Shown here: positions 40,721-53,536 of the stretch, piece by piece | Layout: each line of letters begins with the position of its first letter | How positions within the stretch are numbered: the stretch's first letter is position 1 | Assembly (NCBI RefSeq): GCF_006345805.1 | Contig: NC_043005.1 | Coordinates: 59,582,001 to 59,646,000, forward strand | Reading direction: 5' to 3' | DNA from: Octopus sinensis | Lineage: Eukaryota | DNA: 64,000 nucleotides | The notes under the pieces: generated by a model | Told to the model about the DNA's origin: nothing | Databases searched by the model: none | What the model saw: the letters and a program-made list of their open reading frames with translations, nothing else | Program-made: the position numbers and the translations under genes

Positions 40721-41652
40721 GTTTATCATTTAAATATATATGAAAGTTTATCATTTATATATATATGCAGTACATGCATGAAAATACATACATAAAGCAA
40801 AACAAACAAATTTTCACATATACATCAAAAATTATCCTGTTGTTGATGTTGAAATTTCAATGAAGGAGCCTTGAATCTAGGTTAGAAACCGGCTCTTTCT
40901 CTATTGGAAAGAATCAGCGAAATAAAACCTGAACAATGACATACATACATGCACACATACACACACATACATACGTACCTACACACATACCACATACACA
41001 CTCACACATCCATACACTACATACATCCATACTACATACATACATACATACCATACTACATACAATATTTATATACATGTATACATTGCCATATTTCCAT
41101 ACGGTGCAGGACTTCCAAATAATTATCGCTCGTGGTTTTGTTAATGATGTCAGAAGTAAGTTTCCTCGCTAAAAGTGGTATCATAACTGCAGTGATATAT
41201 AAGTGGATTCCAAATAGAGATATATTAAAGGATTTAGTTAAAAAACAAGCAAACACGAAATATGTAAATAAACAGATATTTAAGACAGAATACTTAAAAT
41301 TTGGAAAATAAATACATATTTTTATTGCTAAAAATCTCTGGATATATGCCAATAAGACAAAATTTATTGAACGTTTTGTGTATAGGGAGAGTTTAGGCTT
41401 TTGCATGTAGAGCTAGAAATAGCTGCCGATCTCACTCATATCACAAAAGTATTCTTTAAAGGGGAAAGGTTACATTGGTATATTACGATTAGAGAATATA
41501 TAGAAATCTGAAATATAGATAGAAGTTTTTAAAATCGAGTTTTGGTCTGATGCTGAGGCAAAACTTCAATACTCAAACAACAACTTCTCCGTTAATCTAA
41601 ATATATAATAGATTCAGCAAACCGAAATACAACGGTTTACGGAATGGATAAT

Positions 41653-41820
41653 TCAATTTTATCGACCCCAGTATTCACCTGGTACTTATTTTATCGACTC
41701 CGAAACATGAATGGCAAAGTTGAACCCCCGGCGGATTGTGAACGCAGGACCTAAAGACTAACGAAATATTGCTAAGCATACTGCTCGGCGTATTAATGAT
41801 TCTGTCAGATCGACGCCTTA
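41653..41820 (-). mobile_element. Degenerate family B SINE
   Basis: Reverse match ending at GATCGACGCCTT (head). Confidence 0.65.
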
Positions 41821-41890
41821 AACAACAACAACAATAATATAATAATAATAATAATAATAATAATATAATAATAATAATAATAATAAGGCG

Positions 41891-42223
41891 GTTACAATAC
41901 AGTGATCGTAGGAGCACTAGGAATGATCAAGAAGGGAACCGAAAATTATATGAGATGAATCCCTGGCTTTACCATCCCTGCAGAAGTGCAAAAGATTGTC
42001 TTAACTGGTACATCACACGTATTGAGAAGAGCATTGTCGAGGTGAACTGTTGCTGCTCATGTATTTTTAATTTAAACTTAAAAAAAAAAATTTTTTTTAA
42101 ATGAACGAACTATTGAGTTTGGTTTAATGGCCTACCAATGTATACTATGAGTTTCTTTGCCCTAGGAGTCGGAAGACACTCACAAAAATGAATGCAAATT
42201 TGAAAGAAGAAAAAAAAATAATG

Positions 42224-42257
<34 letters not shown>

Positions 42258-42258
42258 T
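41891..42258 (+). mobile_element. R4/Dong-type non-LTR retrotransposon 3' end, family 3
   Basis: VIVGALGMIKKGTENYMR*IPG...EVQKIVLTGTSHVLRRALSR*, then 3'UTR; (AAT)n on both sides. Confidence 0.8.
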
Positions 42259-42361
42259 AAAATGGTTTCTACTACTGGAAGCACGAGGCCACAAACATGT
42301 GGAAAGGAATTAAGTCAATTACATCGACCTCAGTGTGCAACTGGTACTAATTTAATCACCC

Positions 42362-42555
42362 CAAAGGAAATACAAAGTTTCGGATGATATGCCCTCCAGT
42401 CTTTTTCAGGTGTCTTGGCGAAATTTCAAACCTGGTTCCTAATTCCTAAGTTATTATATTATTATTATTATTATTATTATTCAGGTCACTGCTTGGAATT
42501 GAACTCGTAATCTGGGGTTTGTAGCCCGCGCTCTTAACCACAGCGCCATATGCCC
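42362..42555 (-). mobile_element. Short element: tRNA-like head, (AAT)n, then PLE-type tail with degenerate hammerhead
   Basis: Minus: GGGCATATGGCGCTGTGG...GAGTTCAATTCC...GACCTG(AAT)n CTTAGGAA...CCAAGACAC-CTGAAAA...CC-GAAA-CT-TT. The tail is repeated on + at 42585-42735. Confidence 0.7.
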
Positions 42556-42584
42556 GTGAGCGTTCCATTTCCATATATATATGA

Positions 42585-42735
42585 ATAACATCGAAAATAC
42601 CTTAGGAATGAGAACCCAGGTTCGAAATTTCCCCAAGACACTGATGAAGACTGAAGGTATATCACCGAAACGTTGTGTTAACAACAAACAAGATGAGGAC
42701 AAATATCCGTCGAATGTAAATATGTAAATAATAAA
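42585..42735 (+). mobile_element. Second copy of the same hammerhead-bearing tail, inverted
   Basis: CTTAGGAATGAGAACCCAGGTTCGAAATTTCCCCAAGACA-CTGATGA... matches the reverse complement of 42370-42450. Confidence 0.75.
42636..42679 (+). ncRNA. Degenerate minimal hammerhead motif in a PLE-type tail
   Basis: GACA-CUGAUGA-AGACUGAAGGUAUAUCACC-GAAA-CG-UU-GUGUU. Core is intact; helices I and II are partly broken. Confidence 0.5.
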
Positions 42736-43024
42736 TATTTTTGCTTCGTTGGTTTGCTTGATAGATTTTCATGATTAACCAAAACTGCTCTGACATTTGC
42801 TGAAGCTAAAGCAAAGGCGTATAAAAAAACAAATGTTTGTTTTTCCGCTAATTCTGTGAAAATATGAAAGAAAAATAAGCTGCGAAAGGAGTTCGTAAGC
42901 AGAACTCTCTGTCTCCTTCCCTTCTCCTCAGTCGGTGAGTTCCGAGTTCAAATCCACCCTAGCCAGTTTTGCTTTTTATTGTAAGATATGTGAATACATA
43001 TTATTGTTCAGGTACTGCATGGAA

Positions 43025-43355
43025 TTTGCCTTTCTTTTTTCTTTCTTTCTTTCTTCCTTCCTTCTTCTCTTCTTCTTTCTTTCTCTTCTCTCCTCTTCTT
43101 TCTTATCCTCTCCTCCTTTTTAACTCTTCTCTTTCTACCTTTTTCTTCTTCTCCTTCTTGGGTTTACTTCATTCCCTTCGTTTTTCTTCTTCTTCTTCTT
43201 CTTCTTTTTCTTCTTCTTCTTCCTCTTCTCTTTCTCTTCTTCTTCTTCCTCTTCTTTCTCTTCTTCTTCTTCCTCTTCTTTCTCTTCTTTTTCTTCTTCT
43301 TATTCCTTTTCTTCTTCTTCATCTTCTTCTTCTTCTCTCTCTTTCTCTTTCTCAC
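43025..43355. repeat. Polypyrimidine (TTC/TCT)n tract
   Basis: About 330 bp almost entirely C/T on +. Confidence 0.9.
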
Positions 43356-43740
43356 CCACCAACCCCACTCTGTCTCTTTCCCCAAAACGGTTAAGAAGCT
43401 ATTTTGATAGAGTGTTCAGGGAGAAAGCTCAAAGTGTGTTCTTTACTTCAGAAATGGAAAACAATTGTGTTACCAGCCAACAAACTTTTCTCATCTAACA
43501 TAGCACACGTTTATTCATTCTCACATGTGCATGAACGCTGCTGAGGTTTTTTTGCTGCTAAGCATATTGTTGAAATTGATGAAATTGTCAATTTTTACTT
43601 CATAGAATATCCTTATATATTTTCGTGAACAATGCTTGGGATTAGCTGTAATATTAAATTTATTCTATTTGTTTTTGTAGGTTGTATCCATTTTCACTTT
43701 TGTTGAAGAGGGCGTTTCTCTGCCGAAAATCCATCTTGTG

Positions 43741-44520
43741 TTGGATTTAAAGAGAAGAGAAAAATACAATTATGTTTAAAATTCTAAGACGTTCCATTTC
43801 CATATATACATATATGGAAATATATATATATATATCTTTCAGGATATGTTACAGGTAACCTCCTGGAAGGCATTTGACGCAGTCGTCTTGATATGTGAAA
43901 CTCCGAGTAACAGGTTTTGTTGAATTTCTGCTTCTTTTAATTTAAAGCCTATTACTCTACCCCTTGTATTTGAGTACTCTTTTTTTCCACCTTTTCCCAC
44001 GGTGTTGAGGATGGGTAACAAAATATACACCAAGTCATCAGAAAACGTAATATAAATAATCATTATTCCCATGTACAGCAAAATGCGATACAATGATTTG
44101 TATATTTTTTCTTGATAAGTTCCGGTAGATTCATACGTAAATATGGCACTTGCTCTTATGTAAAACACAAGAGAACAACTAATTTTTACGGCGGTGCATC
44201 AGCATGGCCGCAGCTATGAGCTGAAACTAGAAAAAATATATATATACCGGAGTAAAACACATAAATGTGAAACAAGGTGGGAAAAAAGAGTACTCAAATA
44301 CAAGGGGTAGAGTGATATGCTTTATTTAAAAAACCAGAAATTCAACAAACCTGTTACTCGGAGTTTCACATATCAAGACGACTGCGTCAAATGCCTTCAG
44401 GAGGTTACCTGTAACATATCCTGAAAGATATATATATATATATTTCCATATATATATATGGAAATGGAACGTCTTAGAATTTTAAACATAATTGTATTTT
44501 TCTCTTCTCTTTAAATCCAA
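43741..44520. mobile_element. Inverted pair of PLE-type tails (~255-bp arms)
   Basis: Arms 43741-44000 and 44267-44520, each with (TA)n and a degenerate CUGAAG..GAAA motif. The same tail family occurs at 63273-63410. Confidence 0.75.
44010..44190 (+). repeat. Local direct duplication of 45595-45779
   Basis: GATGGGTAACA...TTTTACG present at both loci, diverged. Confidence 0.9.
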
Positions 44521-44734
44521 TAAAAGGGATACAGGAGGATGTGAAAGAGAACTGATGATTTATTGTATGTTGATTGTAAGATACTAAAGGAGGTATGGGT
44601 AAAAAAGGTTTTAGAATTTGGGTGGATAGTGTACAAGAAGGCTTACAAAAATATTCCACTATGTTGGTTCATGTAGTGCCTCAGTATGGTCGAGATCAAT
44701 GAGAAGTTAAACACCTTTCTGGAACATACCGGGT

Positions 44735-44812
44735 CATGGTATCACGTAGTGGGACTGAACCCAAAGCCATGTATATGGGAAGCAACTTCTTAGTACACAG
44801 CCACGCCTGCAC
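44735..44812 (-). mobile_element. SINE family A head fragment
   Basis: GTGGGACTGAACCC...CACAGCCACGCCTGC is the reverse of the family A head. Confidence 0.65.
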
Positions 44813-46149
44813 TTATGACAGAGCATAAATAAATTGGAGTGTCGTAAAGACATACTGCGAGATAAATAAGAACGTAAGCATTTTCAGTCGATAATATCGA
44901 TGTGCTGGAAACGAGAGGGCCGGGGGTCTCCTCATGGATTGTTTCACTGTTAGTTCAGGCTTCTCTGAGAAAATTCCCACTCATAGTTTTCTGCACATCA
45001 ATACTTTACAAAAAATAGGTTCAGCTTATGTGATCAGTAGGAAGGCTTTATAATGCTTAAATATATTTCCTCTGATATACGTTGATTTGTTTAAAAATTA
45101 ATAGAGATATAAAGTAAAGCAAAGAAGATGGTGAAAATTACACATAACGGTATCGAAAGAAGCAGAACAAAATACGCGGCCACAAATAAGAGAATATTTA
45201 CATTAAACGGACTCAAATACATGCTTGAACGTATTCTTTTGAATTAACATTGTGAAGAAGGTTTAGTGCGGAAAATTTAACGGGATTAAAAGAAACGACA
45301 AACAATAGAGTGAAAAACCAGACTCTAATACAGTCGCTTAACATTGATATACACAGATAGATGTCCAAGCGAAAACCATAGAAGTAGTTCTGCAGAAGAA
45401 TATATAGGTATAGAAAGCCATGCTGATGATAATAACGAAAGGAATATTCGAATCATATATTCAATAGGTGTATAGTACCTGGGACATATGGACTTGAGTA
45501 TAACGAAAAATGTAACAATAGTATGTTCTATTAAAGTGAGAGAAAAAAAATGAAAATATGTATCTTTATTTAGTGAAGTAGAAAAGAAGTGTCTGATGGG
45601 TAACAAGATATATCAAGTCATCAGAAAACGGTAATAATATAAATAATCATTATTTCCGTGTACAGCAAAATGCGATACAATGATTTTATAATTTGTCTTG
45701 ATACGTACCGGTAGATTCAAACGTAAATATGGCACTTGCTCTTATGTAAGACACAAGAGAACAGCTCCTAACTTTTACGACGATATTTTGCTTATAACAC
45801 ACTCGGGTTATTGCTTAAGAAATTCTAGGACATCGATGCGTCGACTTGTTGTGTCTTATCAGCCAGAAGTACTTGAATATTTGAACATAAACAAGCCACT
45901 GGCTTCGTTCATAAATTCAGCGAACATAAATATTACCAGCGAATATGTGATAATAACACCATCCTGAAAGAGAAGGAAAAATCTTAAACAAAATACATCT
46001 GTAAAGTTATAGATGCGACGAACAGCGTGAGCACATTCTTTCTGGAGAGCATGGTATTTGAAACAGCTCTCAAATAATTTCTCAAAGACGTTATGAATCA
46101 GAAATTAGAAAAAAAAAAACCCCCTTAAAAATCAAGAAGCCGAATGGCA

Positions 46150-46430
46150 CAATATCATGAAATGTGGATTAAGCATATTGGAAAGAAATATGGAATAAAA
46201 CAATGAGTCAAAAAACACAACGGGTCAAAAGGGATATGAAAAATGCAATAAAACCGCAAGAATGGCTCAGCCTAACTAGCAATGAATTCAGTAATACGAA
46301 AAACACAGCAAGGAAGTGCAAATTCCTCGGGATTAACGAAGTTATCAATTTCTTGCTGAAACACCTAATCAATATTCTTGAATAGTTGGCAATTGCAATC
46401 AATGAATTAGTAAAATACCACAAGTAACAT
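46150..46430 (+). mobile_element. R4/Dong-like ORF remnant (pre-RT region)
   Basis: IKPQEWLSLTSNEF...RKCKFLGINEVINFLLKHLINILE*LAIAINEL resembles QEW..IT..E....WK.PG.D.I.NFWLK.L....LA...N. Confidence 0.5.
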
Positions 46431-46694
46431 CGCAGTGTTTTCTGGGATTTTTTCTTGCATTTTTATCTGGAATCAATGCTGATTGAGAAAACCCAAAACA
46501 CAGAGGTCGCCAAAACTCGGGATTTATAAATTGTTTGCAGAAAATATAGGCAATACTTGTGTATATATCTTATAAAACAAACTAGAAATGTAGTTGATAG
46601 GCAACAATGTCTCAGCGGATGAGCAAGGATTGTGATGGATGGACGAATGGATCAGACGTTTTCGAAGAAAGAAGAAAGACAGAGAAAGATACCG

Positions 46695-46747
<53 letters not shown>

Positions 46748-47589
46748 CGACTGTAGCATGGTATGGATTGATTGCAAAATTGCATGGGCTAATTGCAAAA
46801 GACCATTCGCTCGGGAACTACGAAATTGAATATCTAAGATGCTGCAAATAAGCAAGCATTTAAAAAACGAGCACAGAACATCATAATCACGTGGAAAAGG
46901 AAGGTAATCGTGTTGCTGTAGAAGAAAACTTGTTAAAAACCAATCCACTTTATCATTAGAAGTGACATGCGAAAAGACTCATATTTCTATTAGTATTCTA
47001 CCAGATTTCGCCTTGTTGGTAAAATTGTATAATAAAACCAACCATGTGTTTGTCAACAGTAACAATAAGTTATAAACAGTAACCTTTATATGGGAGACTT
47101 CAATTATTTACAAAGGACAATGACCAACCGAAAATAGTATTTAATTTTCTTCATGAATTCAAGTGGGATATAGAAGCAAATCTTAGGTTAGTGACTTACA
47201 CCGTTGCTACACGTAAGATTTTCTCGCCATCTTTTTCTAACTGTATTTTTAAATCCATAATTTTGGGCTTGTTCTTTTCTCAGTGTAACCGTTTCTATTG
47301 TTTTAGAGGGTGGGTTTCTTTTTTTTAATTCATGTCAGAATGATTTAAATAAAATGCTAGTCAAGTACACAGTTCCGTAGGATAGAGCGCATCCCCAAAA
47401 AATTTCAAACCTGCTGCTAATGACAGAAACGTCATCCTTGACCTATTTTCTGGGTGTTTCATAATAGCGCCAGTAGCCGCGACTAAACTCTACCCTAAAA
47501 GTTCTGCACTTCTGCAGAAATTCGAAACAGTTGTTATTATTATTATTATTATCATTATTATTTATTATTATTATTATTTTTATTATCAT

Positions 47590-47982
47590 AAGGCGGCGAG
47601 CTGGCAGAAACGTTAGCACACCGGGCGAAAAGCTTAGCGGTATTTCGTCTGCCGTTACGTTCTGAGTTCAAATTCCGCCAAGATCGACTTTGCCTTTCAT
47701 CCTTTCGGAGTCGATAAAGTAAGTACCAGTTACGCACTGAGGTCGATATAATCGACTTAATCCGTCTGTCTATCCTTGTTTGTCCTCTCTGTGTTTAGCC
47801 TCTTGTGGGTAGTAAAGAAATAGGTATTTCATCTGTCGTCGTGTTCTGAGTTCAAATTCCGCCGGGGTAGAATTTGCCTTTTATCCTTTCGGAGACAAAT
47901 TAAGTATCAGTTGCGTACTGGGGTCATTCTGGCCGACTGGCCCTTCCTCCAAAATTTCGGGACTTGTGCCTAAGTAGAAAAG

Positions 47983-47985
<3 letters not shown>
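47590..47985 (+). mobile_element. SINE family B: full copy plus headless tandem copy
   Basis: Full unit to ~47825, then a restart at GTATTTCATCTG ending in the alternative tail and (TTA)n. Confidence 0.85.
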
Positions 47986-48019
<34 letters not shown>

Positions 48020-48034
48020 TATTATTATTATTAT

Positions 48035-48290
48035 TATTGAGTGAGACTAGTGCATGTCATGAAAGTGACAGTAGGGTACAAGTATACGAAGTCCAATAGA
48101 CCCGTCATGACCACCTGTCTTATAAGGGTATATCAGGCACATGCATCACAACCATATGTGCTCAATATGGTGGGTGAACTCATATCAAGATAAACAGTGC
48201 ATGAACTTGCAGGAGAGGCCCAGTTAGAATTTTTTAAGGTCAAGTAACCCCAGCCGCTCAAAAGATCCCTGAATAAGGTTTGTTTAAGGA
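48035..48290 (-). mobile_element. Family E copy
   Basis: Reverse match; the tail merges with (TTA)n at 47985-48040. Confidence 0.75.
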
Positions 48291-48800
48291 TGCTATTGGA
48301 GACATTCAAATCCTTACATGGTTATGAACAAACTGTTTGGTTGCGGTTCATTGATGACATCTCTTTTTAGTATAACAGCCTTCTTGCATTTCTGTGACTG
48401 TTATACTAAAAATTATGGCTTTAAGTCCAACACAAAATATATGCCTAGTTTTTCGAAAGCTAGCGTTGAATTTTCGAACACAAAAGTTAAGTTTTCTGGA
48501 GGTAGAATAGTGACAGATTTATTTTGCTAGCCTACGTCGTCCCACACTTACCTCCACCGCCACACCGATCATGCAAATCATATAATTCGGTGAAATCCGA
48601 AATCCAAATTTTTTAGGATAAAACAGACTTGTACGGACATAGGGTATTACTAGAAACATGCAAATGCTTTTGTACACCATTATGTCAAACGCGATTACAG
48701 TGAATCACGATTAAAGGAAATAGCAAACGAGATAGTTAAGATTAGCAAAAAACGTCAAAACTCCATGCATAATTGTAGCAAACAAAGTACAATATGTGAC
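48290..48800 (+). mobile_element. Penelope-like RT core/thumb fragment
   Basis: VWLRFIDDISF...SFSKASVEFSNTKVKFSGGRIVTDLFC*PTSSHTYLH...SKFFRIKQTC...HYVKRDYS. Confidence 0.85.
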
Positions 48801-49370
48801 AGAATTCCTTTCATTTTATGCTTCAGGGATCTACAAAACTAGCACAACTCATGCACTGGCTCATTTTTAATTTAGCTATCATCCTTCCTCTCAAATTGCT
48901 GATGTTACGTTTCAATTCAAAATTATTATTAGGCGATCGATTGGCGAATCGTTACAAAATCAGATAAAATGTCTTAAGATATAGAGTTATGTCCGTTATA
49001 TTCTGAATTGAAATCCATTCAAAGTCATTTACATTTCTTTCTGTCCTTTCCATATAGATAAAATAAAGTACCAGTAATTACAGAGATCGATATAAACAAC
49101 AAATCTCAGTCCAGAAGTTTCTGCTCTTGCGCCATCGTCAACATTAAAATGGATCGTTTAAAACTATCAAATATTTCATCTGACTTAACCGTTCTTTTTT
49201 TTTTTAGTTTTATTGATTAAATAAACTTTTGTCAATATAATTAAAAGTAAATATAATATATTCTATAAGCAACGTTAGAAACACATACCAATAGAAATAC
49301 ATACGAAAATCTTATTTTTGTTGTACCTACTCTTATTTTCTTTTTTTATATCATCGATTTGTGAATGTGC

Positions 49371-49409
<39 letters not shown>

Positions 49410-51832
49410 TGAGTGTGTGTGTGTGTGTGTGTGTGTGTGTTTACACGTGCGCGTGCATGCGTGTACTCATATATTTAATAGAGAATATAGAATACTAGTT
49501 TTAAACGTGAAACGACAGCCTGTCTCCAATCTACTAACGATAGCTATATCCGTTACTGAAAGCTGTAATTGTAGTAGTTTAAGAATATGATTTGTGAAAG
49601 GAATTAATGCTTTATATAGAAGTAACGAATTATGTCTTTAAATAGCTTATTGTACACATTAAAGAACGTTTTGTTACTATAATTATGAAAAATTTCTAAA
49701 GGAATGTGATTTCGAAGCTGGGTTAAATATGCTCGCGCACCTGCAGCTATACGGTGACGTTACACGGATACATAAAAGAATTCTTGTGTATGGGACAATA
49801 GAAATGACTTGAGGTCAGCGTCCAAGGGATTTTCGCTGAAAAATTATTAGACTAGTGTTGTTTACCTCTTTCATGACGCATCCTTTGTGTTTGACGTACG
49901 TCAAATTTGATTGCACTCTCCGCTTTGTTTTCCGTCTTGTCTTCAACAATGCTTGCCGATGGGGACACTATCATTTATATGGTCACTTTGAGACTGATAT
50001 TGTATCGTTTCTTTTCATTAATAAGCCGCATAGAACGTGGGGGAATTAAGAGCCAATCTGTGTAGATACGCTGAAGGCTTGGCATGGCTCAGACTCATTG
50101 ACACCATAATCGATCACAGAGCCTCTGGAAAGGGCTGTGTACATATCGATGCTACAACCATTGACCTTCTGTACAAGAAAGCTATTAAATAAGCACTTAC
50201 ATTTCTCTCTGGCTGATTTATGAGCTGTCAACTACGGTTATAAAACCTAATACCCGCCTCGCTTAATACATTCCCTTCTATATTATACAGAGCACAACAC
50301 ATTGCATTCATCCTTACTCTCTCATATCACTAGAACTTGATATATAAAATACAAATTTAAGTTCATGAAAGGCGGAACCATTGCAAACATTTCCGGTCGA
50401 AAGAAATAAAATGACATCAACAACCAGTTCAGCTTAGTCTTAAAGCTTACAAGCAAAACGTGCCAGGCAGTATCTGCATAATTATATCAATCATGTGCCT
50501 ACTAGAGTAGGGAAGGTTCGTACATATGCATTCATTAATCAGTAAATAGAATTAAACAAAGCTATAGCGCCTGATTTGATGTGTATTATGGGTACAAATA
50601 ACGGCACTCGATATGAGTAAAAACATTGCCGTTTTATTGTCTTGCAACCAATTTGTCGGTAGTGATAAAGTACAAGAAGAGACTTCATAATGCTGACCTA
50701 AAACTATGTAGAGATTTCAAAGATACGTGAAAGCGAACAAAATGATGTCGAAAATTAACAAATTATCGACCAGGTAGCGTATTTGTCAAGCATATTCATA
50801 ATGATCATAAATGTTCGCCATCAGAATATAAAACCCTTTATATTTAATGCAACAGAAACACCAGATTCAATCAGATAGCAGAGGGAATATCATGCCAGAA
50901 CGGAGATTAAAGCTGATTAGACAGAGTATAAAATTCTCTAGAACAGAGGGATATTTTAAAATTCAATTTCCACAACTTCAAGGAAAGGTTTAAAGAGCCT
51001 CTTGCAACAGTTATAGAATATGTCCTGCGTCCATATTGGTTAGAATTTAACGATATAGAAAAGTGTACTGATAGTCTTTTCTAGATCTTTAATCTAATAA
51101 TTCTAACGAATTTATATCAGTTGACAGAGGAACGATTGTAAGATATTTCCATAACCAATTGCTCAATACAAAAGCTTGTATTCAGGAAATGGTTATTGAA
51201 AAGTTATATTTACTCAAGCATCGCATAGATTAAAGTAGATCCAATATTTGCATCTTAAATTTAATCAGTCTCTTCAAAGCTATTCAAAATGAATGCAGAT
51301 CGATGGTTGCGTACTTTGAAAGGGACAGAATATATAAAAGTATAAAGATGGACAAAGCTATACTCATATGCATATATTAAGCTTTCTATAAAATAGAAAG
51401 TTTTGTAATATGTCAATTGAAATTACAACGAAGGGTTCACAGATACCTTTGATCACAACCGTTAACCATGGCTTGAATGCACGTTTTAGAACATTCCAGA
51501 TGCTACTGTGATGTTTTAATATTATTTTATTGAAACATTCTTGGATAGTTTAAAGAGGTTTCCTCTTGTGGTATTTTATTAAGCGTACACACCATGAGAA
51601 ACATAACATCACAATTTATACATTACATAGTGTTTAGTATAAAGATCATATTCTAAAAAAAAAATAAAATATATTAACTATAGATAAGTTCTCTTTATAG
51701 ACAGGTATTCAGTCAGTTGCAATAATAGCTGAAAATACATAATTGAAAGCTGCCAAATAGCAGCTGTAAGAATACGTACGAAATGTTAGATAAATGTTAT
51801 CTACTTAAATTTATTGTTACAAATTTTATATA

Positions 51833-52006
51833 GGCATAGGAGTGACTGTGTGGTAAGTAGCTTGCTTACCAATCACATGGTTCCGGGTTCAGTCCCACTG
51901 CGTGGCACCTTGGGCTAGTGTTTTCTGCTGTAGCTTCGGGCCGTGAGTTTGTGAGTGAATTTGGTAGACGGAAACTGAAAGAAGTCCGTCGTATATATGT
52001 ACATAA

Positions 52007-52086
<80 letters not shown>

Positions 52087-52292
52087 ATGTTTGTGTGTCT
52101 GTGTTTGTCCCCACAGCAACACTTGACAATCGATGCTGGTGTGTTTACGTCCCCGTAACTTAGCGGTTCGTCAAAAGAGACAGATAGAATAAGTACAATG
52201 CTTACAAAGAATAAACCCTGGGGTCGATTTGCTCAACGAAAGGCGGTGCTCCCGCATGGCCACAGTCAAATGACTGAAACAAGTAAAAGAGT
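51833..52292 (+). mobile_element. tRNA-headed SINE, family A
   Basis: Full-length colinear match to 9452-9856. Confidence 0.9.
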
Positions 52293-52454
52293 ATAAGATA
52301 TATATTAGTACAAATACTTCTTAATTCAAAGTTTGTCTTTTATGCAATGTTTATCATTCATGCAATATGCAGGTCACCAATGAAAAGTGATAACTGTCAG
52401 AACAAAAGAGAGCCAAATATTTAAAATATGTGACTAGAAACATATTGGCTTAAA

Positions 52455-52605
52455 ATTTTGGCTCAGAGCCAGCAATTCTGGGGGAGGGATAAGTCAATTA
52501 CATCGACCCCACTGGTACCTCATTTATCGAACTCAAAAGGATGAGAAGGACAAAATCGATCACGGTGGGATTTGAACTCAGAACGTAAATAAGGACAAAA
52601 TGCTG
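52455..52605 (-). mobile_element. Degenerate family B SINE
   Basis: CATCGACCCC...GGATTTGAACTCAGAACGTAA. Confidence 0.6.
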
Positions 52606-53089
52606 TGCTCTCTCTCTCTCACTCTTGCCAAACCAAGTTAAAGGGACGTGTAAAAACTAATACAAACAAACACACACACACATACGCAGACACCCACACG
52701 CACATACACACACATATAGATAAGTGCTGGTGGAACCTAGCACACAAGGAGAGATGCACACACATGCATATATACTTATACAAATATATTTGTTTTCGAC
52801 AAGCTACTTCATAGTTTGCATTTAACAAATTTACTCCCAAGGCATTGCTCAGCCAGGGACTTAGTGGAAAACAAATGCCTCAGATGCCGCACAGTGGGTC
52901 TGAGACCGATACAAAGAAACTTTAAATTAATCTTACTCGAATATTTGCAATCATCTGACGTCAATGATGACGAGGCACTGTGTTAGTGGTTGTTTTTTTT
53001 TTTTCAGGATACACAAATAATGAAGGGTTTAGCATTTCTATACAGACAGTCGAAGCATTAGATCTGATGTTACAATATTTATCATTTAG

Positions 53090-53536
53090 CAAGGAAGCAA
53101 GCTGGCAGAATCGTTAGCACGCCGGATGAAAAGCTTAGCAGTATTTCGTCTACCGCTACGTTCTGAGTTCAAATTCCGCCGACGCCGACTTTGCTTTCAT
53201 CCTTTCAGAGTCGATAAATAAAGTGCCAGTTGCGTACTGGGGATGATCTAATCGACTGGCCCCCTTCCCAAAAATTTCGGGCCATGTGCCTGGAGAAGAA
53301 AAGAATATTTATCATTTAGTAAGGCGGCGAGCTGGCAGAAACTTTAGCACGCCGGGCGAAATGCTCAGCGGTATTTCGTCTGCCGCTACGTTCTGAGTTC
53401 AAATTCCGCCGAGGTCGACTTTGCCTTTCATCCATTCGGAGTCGATAAATTAAGTACCAGTTGCGTACTGGGGTCGATCTAATCGACTGGCCTCCTTCCC
53501 CACGAAAATTGAGGCGCAGTGACTAGAGTAGAAAAG
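53090..53536 (+). mobile_element. Two tandem family B SINEs separated by a repeated 16-bp target
   Basis: AATATTTATCATTTAG occurs at 53074-89, 53304-19 and 53537-52, bracketing two diverged copies. Confidence 0.88.

Noticed and set aside
46560-46980. Octamer/E-box-like motifs next to (GA)n
   Set aside because: Short motifs are expected by chance, and no conservation or chromatin data are available.
50600-51500. Possible LINE remnant (NYRP motif)
   Set aside because: A single short motif with no consistent downstream RT motifs.
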